64,000 nt of DNA, from positions 32,001 through 96,000 of IMG/VR virus record IMGVR_UViG_3300018080_000002. One strand, given 5' to 3'. Origin of the DNA: a virus. The notes under the pieces were generated by a model that saw only the letters and a list, made by a program, of their open reading frames with translations, was not told the origin of the DNA and made no database searches. The position numbers were made by a program, and so were the translations under genes. This document shows positions 51,984-63,015 of this stretch, piece after piece (the first letter of the stretch is position 1; each line of letters starts with the position of its first letter).

Positions 51984-54932
51984 ATGGCGATGGCTAAAGA
52001 TAATGGTTTGCTAAACTTTTTACGGCATGTATTTGTCGATGAGTATAATATTCCTTCCGAATTGTCTCCTAACACCAGACAGGTGATGATGCCTGGGACT
52101 GGTCATAGCAGTTATTTTCAGAATATCGATACAAATTTTGGGTTAACAAGTTCTTGGCTGAAGGATTATCTCACCATAGAAAACGATCTGATTTCCAGAT
52201 ACGTTGACTATGAGGATATGGATGACTTGCCAGAGCTTTCTGCATCTTTAGATATATATTCGGACGATGCAACACAGCCAGACGGTATTACGGGAAAGAC
52301 TGTTAGGGTTGATTGCCAGGACCAAACCATATGTCAGATTCTTGAAGATCTTTACGAAAAGAATTTAAGGATTGACGAAGAGGTTTGGGAAATGGCTCGA
52401 ACCTTATGTAAGTACGGCAATGACTTTGAGGAAATTGTTATCAAGGATGGTGAGGGTGTTATAGACCTCAACTTTTTACCTCCACCGACAGTGAGGCGCA
52501 TAGAGGATACTGAAGGATCTTTGCTAGGATTTGTTCAGGATTACACGGCGAATTTTAAGATCACGACAGAGGAATTTCTGGAGCGTATTAAGAATCGGGA
52601 AGAGGAAGAGAAATATGTAGAGGAGCAGATGGAAAGAGGCTCTTTACCAGTCAAGAGTTTCGAGAACTGGGAAGTGGTACACATGCGTCTACGATCCAAG
52701 CAAAGACGATCTATGTATGGCTATGGGGTGTTGGATTCTGTTAGATGGATCGTAAAACGGTTGATGCTGATCGAAGACAGTATGCTCGTATATCGTCTAT
52801 GTTTACATGGTGATAGTAACGTTTGGACGGATAATGGGTATAAAAAAATTAAGGATATTGTAAAAGATGATGTTGTTTATTGTTATAACAATAAGGGTAT
52901 TTTAAACAAAACTAAGGTTGTTTATAAAAAACATAATGGTAAGGATACTATCTATAAAGTATCAAGTAGGCGAAGGCAGATTTTTGCCAATAAAACGCAT
53001 CCTATTTTAGTGGAGTCGGTTGAGCATAATGGCAGTGGGAATAGGAATACAATTAAACTTGAGTATGTAGAGGTTCAGAATATTGAGCCTAATATGTATA
53101 AGTTTATCATGCCGAAAGTAGAGTCAGGTGAAGATATAATATTGAATTTTCCTGATGTTTCTAAGAGAGCTTTTATCAAGTCTGATTTCTTAGGGAAAAT
53201 AGAATTAAAAAAAGGTCCACGTTTTTTAATGGAAAAATGCGGAGTTAATAGTCAGAAAATCAAACCATTCCTTAATGGTGATATTTCTCTTACAGAACGA
53301 GCAGCACTCTCATTAATGTCAGAAAATGGCTATGATGAGAGTGTTTTGGATATATACGATGATTGGGGAAGTATTGATGTTTCTGGTTTACCGAAAACTG
53401 TGGATGAAGATTTTTCCAGATGGTTTGGATTTATGATAGGTGATGGGTTTTTATCCGATCATACTCATAAAAGTGGATATATTGCTAGAAATACTGTCGG
53501 TTTTGCCTGTGGGAATAAGTTTGAAGTGAATAATAAGTATAAGGACTTATTTAAAAAGTATGTAGGCAATGTAAAAGAAAATTTTAAAGGTGATAGGCTG
53601 AATAGTTATTGTATTTGTTCGAGACAATTTTATGAGTTTATGATTTTGAATGGGTATATAAAGGGTGCTCATAATAAAAGAATACCTGAGTGGGTTTTTA
53701 GGAGTGAACTAAAAATTAGAAAGGCTTTTATTTTTGGTCTTATTGATGCTGATGGGATGGTTAGAGATAATGGAAAAGATGTTTCTATTGAGATGTGTAA
53801 TAAAGATCTAGTAAATGATCTTAGAATTTTGTGCATGCAATCTGGTTACAGTGTAGGAAAAGAGATCAAGAGACGAGAAAGGTCTGGTGGTCATATAATA
53901 GAAGGCGATCATCGTGCTCCTGAGACTGTATCATATTGTTTGAATTTTAGTTTCAATGAATCTGAGGATAGAGAAAACATTTTAAATGTAGAGATTGTGG
54001 GCATAGACGATATTTATGATATTGGAGTGGAGGCTGAAGAACATAATTTTGTTTCCGATGGTGTTGTCGTACATAATACTAGAGCACCAGAGCGTTTGGC
54101 TTTTTACGTAGATGTTGGTGACATTCCTCCAAACGAAGCTTTAGGGTACGTCAAAAAGGTCAAGAACGAGTATAAAAAGAAAAAGTGGGTTGATCCTAAT
54201 ACGGGAAAACTCGATATGTCTTACAATCCTTTGAGCGCGGATGAAGATTTTTTTGTCCCAGTAAGAGGGGATAAGAGGTCGGCCAGCATTGAGAGTATAG
54301 GTGGAGCGAACTACCAGCCGACAGACGATGTTAATTACTTCAAAGATAAGTTATATTCAGGACTTAAGATTCCAAGAGACTTTTTAAACTATACTGAGGG
54401 TGGAGCTTCCAAGGCAAACTTATCCACAGAGGATATGCGGTTTGCCCGATCTATTCTTCGCATCCAGCGAGAGATCAGAAACGGTTTGAAAAAGGTTGGC
54501 AGGGTGCATTTGGCATCATTCGGCATACAGCCAGATATTGTCGAGTGGGAAGTTATGCTCAATCCTCCATCGAGTATATTTGAGTTAGCTCAGATGGAGG
54601 TAAGGAATGCTCAGTTGGACCTAGCAGATAGATATAGGGCTTTTGCCAGCCAGTATTGGATTATGCGCGAAATACTGCATATGACGGATGAGGAGATTGA
54701 ATCTATCAATACTGAGCGTAAAAAGGAAACCTTGGATAAAACCAGTTATCCTGAGTTTGAGGCTAGGGATTATCCCAGAAATTTCTTCAATGGAAATCGA
54801 GAGGCTGAAAAAATTCTTTCTGAGAATTGGGAAAAAATGATGACGCAGAGTCCATATCTCAAAAAGAGATTTGATGAATTACGAGGATTGATTTCTGATA
54901 TGAGAATCCATTTACAGAAACGGAGAAAATAA
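51984..54932 (+). CDS. Portal protein (T4 gp20-like) with intein
   Basis: Y..M...PE...LD.Y.D, L.LIED.ML.YRL|TRAPER..FYVDVG.IP, EDFFVP.RG, DV.YF..KLY.GLKIP. Confidence 0.9.
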   Translation: MAMAKDNGLLNFLRHVFVDEYNIPSELSPNTRQVMMPGTGHSSYFQNIDTNFGLTSSWLKDYLTIENDLISRYVDYEDMDDLPELSASLDIYSDDATQPDGITGKTVRVDCQDQTICQILEDLYEKNLRIDEEVWEMARTLCKYGNDFEEIVIKDGEGVIDLNFLPPPTVRRIEDTEGSLLGFVQDYTANFKITTEEFLERIKNREEEEKYVEEQMERGSLPVKSFENWEVVHMRLRSKQRRSMYGYGVLDSVRWIVKRLMLIEDSMLVYRLCLHGDSNVWTDNGYKKIKDIVKDDVVYCYNNKGILNKTKVVYKKHNGKDTIYKVSSRRRQIFANKTHPILVESVEHNGSGNRNTIKLEYVEVQNIEPNMYKFIMPKVESGEDIILNFPDVSKRAFIKSDFLGKIELKKGPRFLMEKCGVNSQKIKPFLNGDISLTERAALSLMSENGYDESVLDIYDDWGSIDVSGLPKTVDEDFSRWFGFMIGDGFLSDHTHKSGYIARNTVGFACGNKFEVNNKYKDLFKKYVGNVKENFKGDRLNSYCICSRQFYEFMILNGYIKGAHNKRIPEWVFRSELKIRKAFIFGLIDADGMVRDNGKDVSIEMCNKDLVNDLRILCMQSGYSVGKEIKRRERSGGHIIEGDHRAPETVSYCLNFSFNESEDRENILNVEIVGIDDIYDIGVEAEEHNFVSDGVVVHNTRAPERLAFYVDVGDIPPNEALGYVKKVKNEYKKKKWVDPNTGKLDMSYNPLSADEDFFVPVRGDKRSASIESIGGANYQPTDDVNYFKDKLYSGLKIPRDFLNYTEGGASKANLSTEDMRFARSILRIQREIRNGLKKVGRVHLASFGIQPDIVEWEVMLNPPSSIFELAQMEVRNAQLDLADRYRAFASQYWIMREILHMTDEEIESINTERKKETLDKTSYPEFEARDYPRNFFNGNREAEKILSENWEKMMTQSPYLKKRFDELRGLISDMRIHLQKRRK
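52800..54077 (+). mobile_element. Intein with LAGLIDADG endonuclease (426 aa) in the portal
   Basis: Starts CLHGDS; FGFMIGDG and FGLIDADG; IYDIGV...HNF..DGVVVHN followed by Thr+1. Confidence 0.9.
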
Positions 54933-55430
54933 ATGGGAAAGAAAAAAGCAGGCGTTAAGATTGAGTCAGATATGAGTAACGAAAACGAAAAGTCATTTAT
55001 TAAATCGTATGAGGTTGTAGGCGCAGAGAGACCTTTCATTCAAACCGATGTGGTTGAGGCTTTGATGAAAGGCTCTTACGAGGATAAGGTTCGTAAGGTG
55101 TCTAGTCTTGTCGGAGAGAATAGGAAATTGTTTCTTAGTCATGATGTAGATGATATCAGTGTAAGTCCGGTCGCTACTTTCGATAGTCATGTGATTGTGG
55201 CAACGGATGAGGGCAAGCTGTTTAAATCAGAGATTGCAATGAATGAGGATGATGGTTCATACTCATTAGGTAATGTCGAAGAAATGGAGATTCCTTCAGT
55301 AGATGCTCAACATCTTAAAGACTTTAGAGAAAGCAAGTTATCTGAAATGATAGATGATTTTTGCCGAAACAAAGTTTTTGATCGTAGCAGAATGAAGGAC
55401 TTAGTTTCTTTGAATAGCTTGATCGGGTAA
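54933..55430 (+). CDS. Hypothetical head-module protein
   Basis: Directly follows the portal. Confidence 0.6.
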   Translation: MGKKKAGVKIESDMSNENEKSFIKSYEVVGAERPFIQTDVVEALMKGSYEDKVRKVSSLVGENRKLFLSHDVDDISVSPVATFDSHVIVATDEGKLFKSEIAMNEDDGSYSLGNVEEMEIPSVDAQHLKDFRESKLSEMIDDFCRNKVFDRSRMKDLVSLNSLIG

Positions 55431-55459
55431 GGCTGAACGTTCCAATGTACTCGTAAGGA

Positions 55460-55487
55460 TTGATGTTGACAAGCAAAATGATATAAT
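55460..55487 (+). promoter_or_regulatory. Sigma70-type promoter for the head genes
   Basis: TTGATG-N16-TATAAT with an extended TG. Confidence 0.45.
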
Positions 55488-55663
55488 GGACTATATCGAA
55501 CTATATTCATTGATTTTTGCTAGTTAGGTAGATTTGAAAAAAGATACCATATTGATCTTGTAAAGTCCGGTTAACACAGAATTAAGAATAATTTTTTTTC
55601 TGTTAAACGATTTAGGGGTTTTATTGCATACCAATCAGCTCATCGAACAGAGGGGGCTTATAA

Positions 55664-57046
55664 ATGTTCAAAAAGAAAATTAATTCATTGAAGGAAGATT
55701 TTCAGACGTTAGGACTTATTAGAGAGGAGACCAGAACGTCTGATGGTCAGGAGGATCTCACCGAAGCGAAGGTGGTGAAGAAAAAAACGGGTGCGAAAGC
55801 CAAGCAGGCTGCACGTAAAAGAAAGATCGAGTATCGTAAGAAAAAGTCAGAGATCAAGAGGAAAGCCAAAAAGTATCGCCAGAGTGCGAAGGGCAAAAAG
55901 ACTATCGCAAAGCATGAAAAGGTAGTCAAACGAATGGGTGGAACGAAAAAAGGAAAATACATTCGTACATCCAGCATTGAGAGAAATGCGAATATTATCG
56001 AAGAAATTTCAAGATTGAATAAAGCTCTGTTAGGGGAATCTAGGCCAGAGCTTTTTTCTGAGCAGGAGTTAAAAGAACTGCGTAAGTCTATTAAGAATAC
56101 TCATCATCTAGCGGCTGTCTTAGCTAAGAGATTGGCTGAGTACATTGAGCAATGCGGTGAAGATATCCCTCATGATATTCTTACAAAGCATTTCAAAGAG
56201 GCTGCTCCATCGATCAATCCGAAAGCACCAAGCCGAAAAAATCCAGGCATTAACCCTGACAAAGATTTAAGTAAAAATCGTGTAGGGGAAGATCAGCCAA
56301 CAGACATGGAAGATGAGCATGGCATCAGTGATCCTAAGTCTGAAGCGGAGAAAAATGTTCAGAAAGAAAACATGGATGGCGAAACTCCAGATGATTTAGA
56401 CGATGATGAAATGGATTACATCGGTGATGAGGATGCCGATGGTGACGTTGATGATCTCGATGATGTCGACAATGAGTATGATGAAGAAAACGATCAGGGT
56501 GAAGATGGAACAGATGGTCCTGATAATGATAGCGGTGATCCTGAGCATGATTACATCGGCGATGACGACAAAGACGGTTATCAGGATGATGTCGATGAGC
56601 CTAGTCATGTAGGCGAAGATGATGATGAGGATGATTTATCTCTTGATATTGATGGAGATGGAGATGCCGATTTAGACATAGACATCGATGATGACGACGA
56701 TGACCTGGGTGCTGTGGATGACGATGACGACGACGATTTTGACGATGATGATGTTTCTGATGATTTTGACGATGATGATGATGATGATGATGAGTATGAC
56801 GAGGATGTCATGCCTACAGTGAAGGATTTCTTGGAAGAGGTTCAGGATATCAGTGGGAAGTCAAGTAAGCTGCTTAGTAAGCTTGATGATAAGACGATTA
56901 GCCCAGGATTAGCCAAAGATGTTTTAACTTCATTGGTCAATTATCTTGGTGGTGCGATGGAGCTATATACAGATTTGAATAAGTATGCAGCCAAGCCAGA
57001 TTATGAAAACAAAAATCTGACTGGTATGCCATCCAAGGTAAAATAA
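55664..57046 (+). CDS. Prohead core/scaffold-like protein with a basic N-terminal region and a very long Asp-rich tract
   Basis: Lies between portal and protease; K/R-rich segment followed by ~150 aa of D/E-rich sequence. Confidence 0.6.
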   Translation: MFKKKINSLKEDFQTLGLIREETRTSDGQEDLTEAKVVKKKTGAKAKQAARKRKIEYRKKKSEIKRKAKKYRQSAKGKKTIAKHEKVVKRMGGTKKGKYIRTSSIERNANIIEEISRLNKALLGESRPELFSEQELKELRKSIKNTHHLAAVLAKRLAEYIEQCGEDIPHDILTKHFKEAAPSINPKAPSRKNPGINPDKDLSKNRVGEDQPTDMEDEHGISDPKSEAEKNVQKENMDGETPDDLDDDEMDYIGDEDADGDVDDLDDVDNEYDEENDQGEDGTDGPDNDSGDPEHDYIGDDDKDGYQDDVDEPSHVGEDDDEDDLSLDIDGDGDADLDIDIDDDDDDLGAVDDDDDDDFDDDDVSDDFDDDDDDDDEYDEDVMPTVKDFLEEVQDISGKSSKLLSKLDDKTISPGLAKDVLTSLVNYLGGAMELYTDLNKYAAKPDYENKNLTGMPSKVK

Positions 57047-57070
57047 TAGATTTTGTGTAGAGGTATTGAT

Positions 57071-58651
57071 ATGGCGAAAGAACTACTTCAGGATTCAGTG
57101 CCGTTTAAGCTCGTTTTGGAAGAGAGTGAGAATGGCAGATTGGTAGCTAAAGGTCAGTTTGGTGCCGTTGATATCCCTACTGCTAATAAAAGAATGTATC
57201 CCCGCAGAATCATAGAGCGTGAATTATCCCGTCTAATGAAGGATGCAAAGGAACGCCGATTATATGGCGAGCTAGACCATCCTGGAGACGGGAAAACCAA
57301 ATTATCTCGCTCCAGTCATTTGATTACCAATCTTTCTTTGCAGGAGGATGGATCAGTTGTCGGTATGGCTGAAATCCTTAGTACCAGGAATGGGAAGGAG
57401 CTACAGGCTATTAGAAATGATGGCGGTCAAGTGGGGATTAGTAGTAGAGGATTTGGTTCGGTTAAAACCAACAATGAAGGTATCGATGTTGTTCAGGATG
57501 ACTTTACTCTCATGACATATGATTTCGTTGCAGATCCCGCTGCTGGCGGTAGCTACCCTGAATTTTCAAATGCTAATAGTGAGGATAGCGAAATGGCGAA
57601 AAAGAAATCTGATGAGAATAAAGATGCGAAGGAAAAAGAGATCCTGACATCTGAGAAAAAACCTGACGAAACTAAGCCAAAGGTTGATGAGGCTGTAATA
57701 TCCAAAGAGCCGGAAGAGAAAGTTGAGCATGAAAAAGAGATTGCTACGCTAAAGGCTAGTTTCAAAAAACAATTGAGTGAAGCTATAAAAGACGTGACTG
57801 AGAAAGTCAGATCCGAGGTTCGTAGTGAACTCCTTTCTGATCCAAAGGTTGCAGGAGCGATGACAGCGATTGAGTCTGTTAAATCGACCTTAAGACCTTA
57901 TATATTAGAGGCGGATGTTAACAAAGAGCTGGAGGTTCGTGAGAGCCGCATTAATGATCTTACATCTCAGGTGGATTCAATTCTCGAAGAGAAAAAATCT
58001 CTTGAATCTAAAATCGAAGAGTTTACTTCAGCGACTAAGGAGCTTGGTTTTAAGTTATTCTTAGAACGAGCGGTTAAGGGTCATCAAGAGTATGACTCTA
58101 TTATTGAAAAAGTTGGTGATGTAAATAGCTTCGCATCCCTTGAGGCTCTAGGTCATAGGGTTAATTTGATTATCTCTGAATACGATGACGTTAAAGAGGT
58201 TGTCAAAGATATCAAGACTGAGAGTGATGGTAGGGTGAAAGCTCTTGAGGGCAAGGTGAAAACCCTTGAGGAACAATTAAGCAAATCTCTTGAGGTTAGC
58301 AGAAACTTTGGTGTTCAGGCTTATCTTAGAGAGCGAGTTGTCAATCATCCAAGAGCTAAAGAAATTCTTTCGGAAGCTAAATTTCAAAAGCTTGAATCGA
58401 AAGAAAATGTTGACGAGTTTATTGCGTCCTATCGAGTGGTCAAGCGTAATGTAAACGAAGATTACCGTTCACGCATTAGGCGGTTTGTCAACAAAGACTC
58501 CTTAGTGGAAGATAGCATTAAGGGGACAAGGGTAGTTGATAGGAAGCAAAAGATAGAGGAGACCTCAGTAAATGAGGCTACTAATCCGCTATCAGGCGTT
58601 CCTGGCGTGACATTGGAAGATGTCGAGAGACTATCTGGAGTACGTAAATAG
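57071..58651 (+). CDS. Prohead protease (T4 gp21-like) fused to a coiled-coil scaffold
   Basis: N.R.YP, GELDHP, GISSRGFGS, DF.L.TYDFVADP. Confidence 0.88.
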   Translation: MAKELLQDSVPFKLVLEESENGRLVAKGQFGAVDIPTANKRMYPRRIIERELSRLMKDAKERRLYGELDHPGDGKTKLSRSSHLITNLSLQEDGSVVGMAEILSTRNGKELQAIRNDGGQVGISSRGFGSVKTNNEGIDVVQDDFTLMTYDFVADPAAGGSYPEFSNANSEDSEMAKKKSDENKDAKEKEILTSEKKPDETKPKVDEAVISKEPEEKVEHEKEIATLKASFKKQLSEAIKDVTEKVRSEVRSELLSDPKVAGAMTAIESVKSTLRPYILEADVNKELEVRESRINDLTSQVDSILEEKKSLESKIEEFTSATKELGFKLFLERAVKGHQEYDSIIEKVGDVNSFASLEALGHRVNLIISEYDDVKEVVKDIKTESDGRVKALEGKVKTLEEQLSKSLEVSRNFGVQAYLRERVVNHPRAKEILSEAKFQKLESKENVDEFIASYRVVKRNVNEDYRSRIRRFVNKDSLVEDSIKGTRVVDRKQKIEETSVNEATNPLSGVPGVTLEDVERLSGVRK

Positions 58652-58720
58652 TATTGTCGTTTTGTCGTTGTTCGTAAGCAAGTAGGATTTTTTTTAGATT
58701 TTTTTTCTTGGAGATAAGAA

Positions 58721-60178
58721 ATGGACGAAATGAGAAAAATGCTTACCGAGCAGCAGAATAAAGCTTCGGAAAGTTATGTTGGTCAGTTACTCGAAAAGTG
58801 GAACCCGCTCCTAAAAGGTGTCAGGTCTGATTACACCAGGGGAACGATGGCTGTTCTTTTTGAGAACCAAGCAAACTATTTAAAAGATTTAACCGAAGAA
58901 ACTCGTACAACCAATGTTGGTGAGTATCTTAAGTATGTATTTCCGATTCTTCGTCGCGTATGGCCGAACCTTATTGCAAACGAAATCGTTTCAGTTCAGC
59001 CCATGACAGCTCCTATTGGCGGTATCTTTTACTTTGAAGTAAAGTATGCCAATACCAAAGGGACCGTGACTGCTGGTGATAATTTCATCCAGAATTTCAA
59101 CCGATATTACAGTTCCGAAACTATCGATAAGGAAGTTATCGGTACGGCTACGGGATCTGGTGCCAGTTTTACCTCCACTCTGGACTATACGCCAATCAGA
59201 AATGGCTCAGTCCACAGTGATGCCTTGTTAACCGTTTGGACAACCGCATCTGGTGTTGATACCCAAGTTGGTGTCGATGACGGATCTGCTGGTGGTCTTA
59301 TCACTGAGTATGCAAGCTCTGGTGTTAGCGGTACGGTCAATTACACGACTGGCGTTATCGAAGTTACTTTCCCAAGTAATCCCGACGCGGATACATCGAT
59401 TTGGGTTAAGTATGACTATGATATGGAATGCAATGAGACTATTCCTCAAGCCAATCTCGATATCGAATTGGTCGAAATTCGAGCCAGAACTCGTAAGATG
59501 AAGGCTCTTTGGTGCTCCGAAGCTGCCGACGATCTTAAAGCGTTTCATGGAATCGATGCTGAAGCGGAATTGGTTGCTGCTCTTGCAGCCGAGATTTCTC
59601 TTGAAATTGACCGTGAGATGATCATGGATCTCTACAATGGCGCGACTGGTGGAACCGAAACTTGGGATTATGCTGGTGCCGCTGCTGGTGTTAGTGAGAT
59701 TGATTGGATCAGAACAATCGTTACGGTCTTAAGCCGACTATCCAACAAAATCTACAAGCAATCGTTACGTGGAGCTGCTAACTTCATCGTTACATCTCCT
59801 GACGTTGCTTCGGTTTTTGAGCAATTGGGTACTCATGGTGATTTCCGATCTATTTTTGCTCCTGCCAATGCAGAGACATTTGTAGCTCCTGAGTCGCCAC
59901 AGACCTTCGGTGTTCAGAAAATTGGTACGCTCCATCAGAAATGGATCGTTTACAAAGATCCATATTTCCCAAGCAACAAAATCCTCCTTGGATACAAAGG
60001 CTCTAGTTTCTTAGATGCTGGCTTTGTTTGGGCACCGTATGTACCGCTACAAATGACTGCTACTTTCTTAGATCCGCAAGATTTCTCATTCAGAAAAGGG
60101 ATGAGAACACGCTATGCTAAGAAAATGGTCCGTAGCGAATTTTACGGAGTTGTTACCGTAAATAATCTGCCTGCTTAA
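58721..60178 (+). CDS. Major capsid protein (T4 gp23-like)
   Basis: LFENQ, P.LRR..PNLIA.EI.SVQPMTAP.G.IF, RKMKA.W..EA.DDL.A.HGIDAEAEL, APYVPL, TRYA. Confidence 0.93.
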   Translation: MDEMRKMLTEQQNKASESYVGQLLEKWNPLLKGVRSDYTRGTMAVLFENQANYLKDLTEETRTTNVGEYLKYVFPILRRVWPNLIANEIVSVQPMTAPIGGIFYFEVKYANTKGTVTAGDNFIQNFNRYYSSETIDKEVIGTATGSGASFTSTLDYTPIRNGSVHSDALLTVWTTASGVDTQVGVDDGSAGGLITEYASSGVSGTVNYTTGVIEVTFPSNPDADTSIWVKYDYDMECNETIPQANLDIELVEIRARTRKMKALWCSEAADDLKAFHGIDAEAELVAALAAEISLEIDREMIMDLYNGATGGTETWDYAGAAAGVSEIDWIRTIVTVLSRLSNKIYKQSLRGAANFIVTSPDVASVFEQLGTHGDFRSIFAPANAETFVAPESPQTFGVQKIGTLHQKWIVYKDPYFPSNKILLGYKGSSFLDAGFVWAPYVPLQMTATFLDPQDFSFRKGMRTRYAKKMVRSEFYGVVTVNNLPA

Positions 60179-60219
60179 TATCAGGTAGATCGACTAATTC
60201 AGCGATAAAAGTTCTACGA

Positions 60220-60256
60220 GGCTAGGTTAGGGTTTCCTTAGCCTAGCCGTTTTTTT
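60220..60256 (+). terminator. Intrinsic terminator after the major capsid gene
   Basis: GGCTAGGTTAGGG/CCTTAGCCTAGCC + T-tract. Confidence 0.7.
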
Positions 60257-60266
60257 GGAGTCGTTT

Positions 60267-61025
60267 ATGAGAGAACGTAAAGATATAGAACTGCTGCTCA
60301 AAAAATTTCTGAAAAAATCCCCTAGAAAAGATGATGAAGTACATGCCTTTGCAGAAAAAGCAGGGATAGATCCACACGATTTAGAGGGTATGATATACTC
60401 GATAGCGTTTAAAGCATTGAATGGTAGGTATCTGAAACACTGGGATGTTCCAGATGATAAGTTTGATCCTGATGAGTTGGCTATGGGTGTTGAGATTGAA
60501 TTAGAGCATACAGGAGATAGGAAAATAGCAGAGGTGATAGCAAAGGCTCATTTGTTGGAGTTGCCTGACTATTACACTCGGCTTAAGAAAATGGAAAACG
60601 AAAGCGATTTCGCAGAGTGGTGCGAACAGGCATATGCAAATGCTAAAAGTCTAAAGATGATGTGCGAGTCCTCGTCAAAGCAGGGTTTTTTTGAAAAGAA
60701 AGGCGGAAAACTGAGCGGAGTCTATTTTGGAAATGACTTTGATCATAAGATTAGTTTTGATTATGTTTCGGACAAGACTGCGGAAATGCTTAAGGGGTTG
60801 GATGATGGTGTGTACTCAGTCAATTACAACCCGTCAAACAGCAGCATTGAAAATGTTGCAAAGATAGATGTGAGAAAAGAGCTGAGTAAGCTGAAAAAGA
60901 CTAAGAGTAAGATTGTCAAGTTTAGAACCACACAGAAGCAGAGGTTTACCAAGTCTGCTAGAACAAGAATCCACCAAGCTGATGATATCAGGAGAAGAAA
61001 GATAGATTGGCTTGAAAGGGTGTAG
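60267..61025 (+). CDS. DUF5661-like protein
   Basis: ELAMGVEIELEHT...IAKAHL.E.PDYYTRLKKME. Confidence 0.65.
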   Translation: MRERKDIELLLKKFLKKSPRKDDEVHAFAEKAGIDPHDLEGMIYSIAFKALNGRYLKHWDVPDDKFDPDELAMGVEIELEHTGDRKIAEVIAKAHLLELPDYYTRLKKMENESDFAEWCEQAYANAKSLKMMCESSSKQGFFEKKGGKLSGVYFGNDFDHKISFDYVSDKTAEMLKGLDDGVYSVNYNPSNSSIENVAKIDVRKELSKLKKTKSKIVKFRTTQKQRFTKSARTRIHQADDIRRRKIDWLERV

Positions 61026-61142
61026 GAGTTTGAAATTTATAAAAATAGAGAGCTGATCAATAAGACAAATGAACAATTATTAGATATTATATTTGAATCT
61101 ATTGTTCCCAAACATAGATATGCTTTTAATGCTGTTAAGTCT

Positions 61143-61538
61143 TTGCATAAAAAACAGTGGTTCCAAGGAAAACATAAGGATTGGGGTTCAGATGAATCCG
61201 ATTATTTTTTTCCTTTTGATAAATATAAAAATATGGCAGAGGAGTTTTTTTTAGTTTCGATTCCTGTGAAAGATCTGGATATTGTGGATGTTGGTGATAA
61301 AGATAGACTAAATAGATATGTGGAATTGATAAAATCAGGTGTGGATATGGGTCCATCATGGGGTGTCTACGGTAGATTTAGACGGAGCGGAGAGTTTGTG
61401 GAGCCTCATACTAAAGGTAAGATTAGCGTATTAGATGGAAACCATAGGGCTTTAGCATCTAAAAAGGCGGGTAAATCTCATATTATGGTTATAATTCCAG
61501 ATATTTCTTTTAATAAATATGTTGAGGACACACCATGA
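61143..61538 (+). CDS. ParB/Srx-like nuclease domain protein
   Basis: VLDGNHRALA..KAG; start uncertain. Confidence 0.6.
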   Translation: MHKKQWFQGKHKDWGSDESDYFFPFDKYKNMAEEFFLVSIPVKDLDIVDVGDKDRLNRYVELIKSGVDMGPSWGVYGRFRRSGEFVEPHTKGKISVLDGNHRALASKKAGKSHIMVIIPDISFNKYVEDTP

Positions 61539-62608
61539 TTACTACTCATTTGAATGAGTTTTTATTAGTAAATCAAAAGGCTGTTTCTTTGATGGAGATG
61601 GTTTTTTCTGGATATACGAAATACGATAATCTTACGGTATTTTTTTCCAAGCAGAGAAAGCCCTCTATAGCTATTTTGAGAAAAGGCAATAGGTATGATG
61701 TTTTGTTTTTCAAGCAAGGTAGGATGGGTCTAGTCCTTTATAATATTTTGGGTATGGGTAGAGGACAGGGGGTTTCTGACGAGAAAATTTTTGATTTGAT
61801 GTTGGAGAAATCTAAGGAAGTTGGTTTGTTGAAAAAGTTTCATTCCAATTTAACTGGACCAAAACTGATTGATTTATTGATAGTAAAAAGCGGTGTTCAG
61901 ACTGAAGTTTTAAAAGACATTTTTCCAGATATTGATTTTGAGGAAAAGGGTGTTAAGACTCAGATTGGAAAATTCAATATTATAGGCTTATCTAAGAAAA
62001 ACGAAAAGATCGTAGAATCATTGATTGACAAATCGTCCGATCTAATCAGGAAAGCAGGATATGGTCATATACTTTATGGCGATGTGGTTATTGTTACTAG
62101 GGGTTCTATATCCCAGAGAGCTGCGGCTGATTATGGCGAAAAATCAGACAATATCAGGTTGAAATTACCTGTTAAAATATTTGATCATGCTGTCCAGAGT
62201 CTCATTCATGAGTTGGGACATAGGCAATATTATAAATTTAAGACTGACCAAACAGCGGTCCATCGGCGATGGCTCCAGGCTACTAGTAAATATCCCATAT
62301 TGCGAATAGGAGACCGGGTAAAAGAACCTGATTCTGATAGGGAATTTTCGGTTACTGGTATTAAGTCTATTCGATCTGGAAACGTCAAGTACCAAGGATA
62401 TTATATGGATGATCCTGGCAGAAAATTGATTGCTAGTGATCATATAGCTCTTTGGGATAAGCTGACTGGAGAGAGCGACAGGGATGTTTTATCTGTATCA
62501 CGATATGCCATGAGTAATGAGAGAGAGTTTTATGCAGAGGTTTTTGCTCATGGGGTTTTAGGAAATAAAAATGCTTTGCAATGGATCAAAGAGGTGTCAT
62601 CTAAGTAG
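61535..62608 (+). CDS. Zincin metallopeptidase (lethal-factor/MPTase-like)
   Basis: LIHELGH ... SRYAMSNEREFYAEVF. Confidence 0.7.
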   Translation: MITTHLNEFLLVNQKAVSLMEMVFSGYTKYDNLTVFFSKQRKPSIAILRKGNRYDVLFFKQGRMGLVLYNILGMGRGQGVSDEKIFDLMLEKSKEVGLLKKFHSNLTGPKLIDLLIVKSGVQTEVLKDIFPDIDFEEKGVKTQIGKFNIIGLSKKNEKIVESLIDKSSDLIRKAGYGHILYGDVVIVTRGSISQRAAADYGEKSDNIRLKLPVKIFDHAVQSLIHELGHRQYYKFKTDQTAVHRRWLQATSKYPILRIGDRVKEPDSDREFSVTGIKSIRSGNVKYQGYYMDDPGRKLIASDHIALWDKLTGESDRDVLSVSRYAMSNEREFYAEVFAHGVLGNKNALQWIKEVSSK

Positions 62609-62617
62609 GGGTTTAAA

Positions 62618-62992
62618 ATGTATAAAGCTAGGGATTTAATTGACGAGACTAACAATGTGGTGTCTTCGGTATTAGATGAAGAATCAATGAAAGTTATTAG
62701 GAAAGTAGATCAAGCTAAACCTGAAGATAAGGTTACAAGTGATTTTTTTGAGTATCTTTTGAGTAAAAAATTGAGAGTTGGATATAATGTTGATGATATG
62801 AGGGGTATTATTGATTTGGGTGAAATTGGAGATTTATATTTTGGTATGTCGTCTAATGATCCTAGTGTTTTTTTCTCTATAAATGATAAACATTTTACCC
62901 ATAGTTTTAAAGTTAGCATGGGTGAAAGTGTTAAATCTGTAATTGAATCTATTTTGAAATTTCGTAAGGTAGTTAATAATTACAGTGAATAA
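62618..62992 (+). CDS. Hypothetical protein
   Basis: Packed ORF. Confidence 0.55.
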   Translation: MYKARDLIDETNNVVSSVLDEESMKVIRKVDQAKPEDKVTSDFFEYLLSKKLRVGYNVDDMRGIIDLGEIGDLYFGMSSNDPSVFFSINDKHFTHSFKVSMGESVKSVIESILKFRKVVNNYSE

Positions 62993-63015
62993 TTGATGAA
63001 TGGAGGTTTGATTTT

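Noticed and set aside
56390-56811. GAT/GAC microsatellite-like tract and overlapping poly-Ser/Met ORFs
   Set aside because: Simply the Asp-rich coding tract of the 55664 protein; the alternative-frame ORFs are by-products
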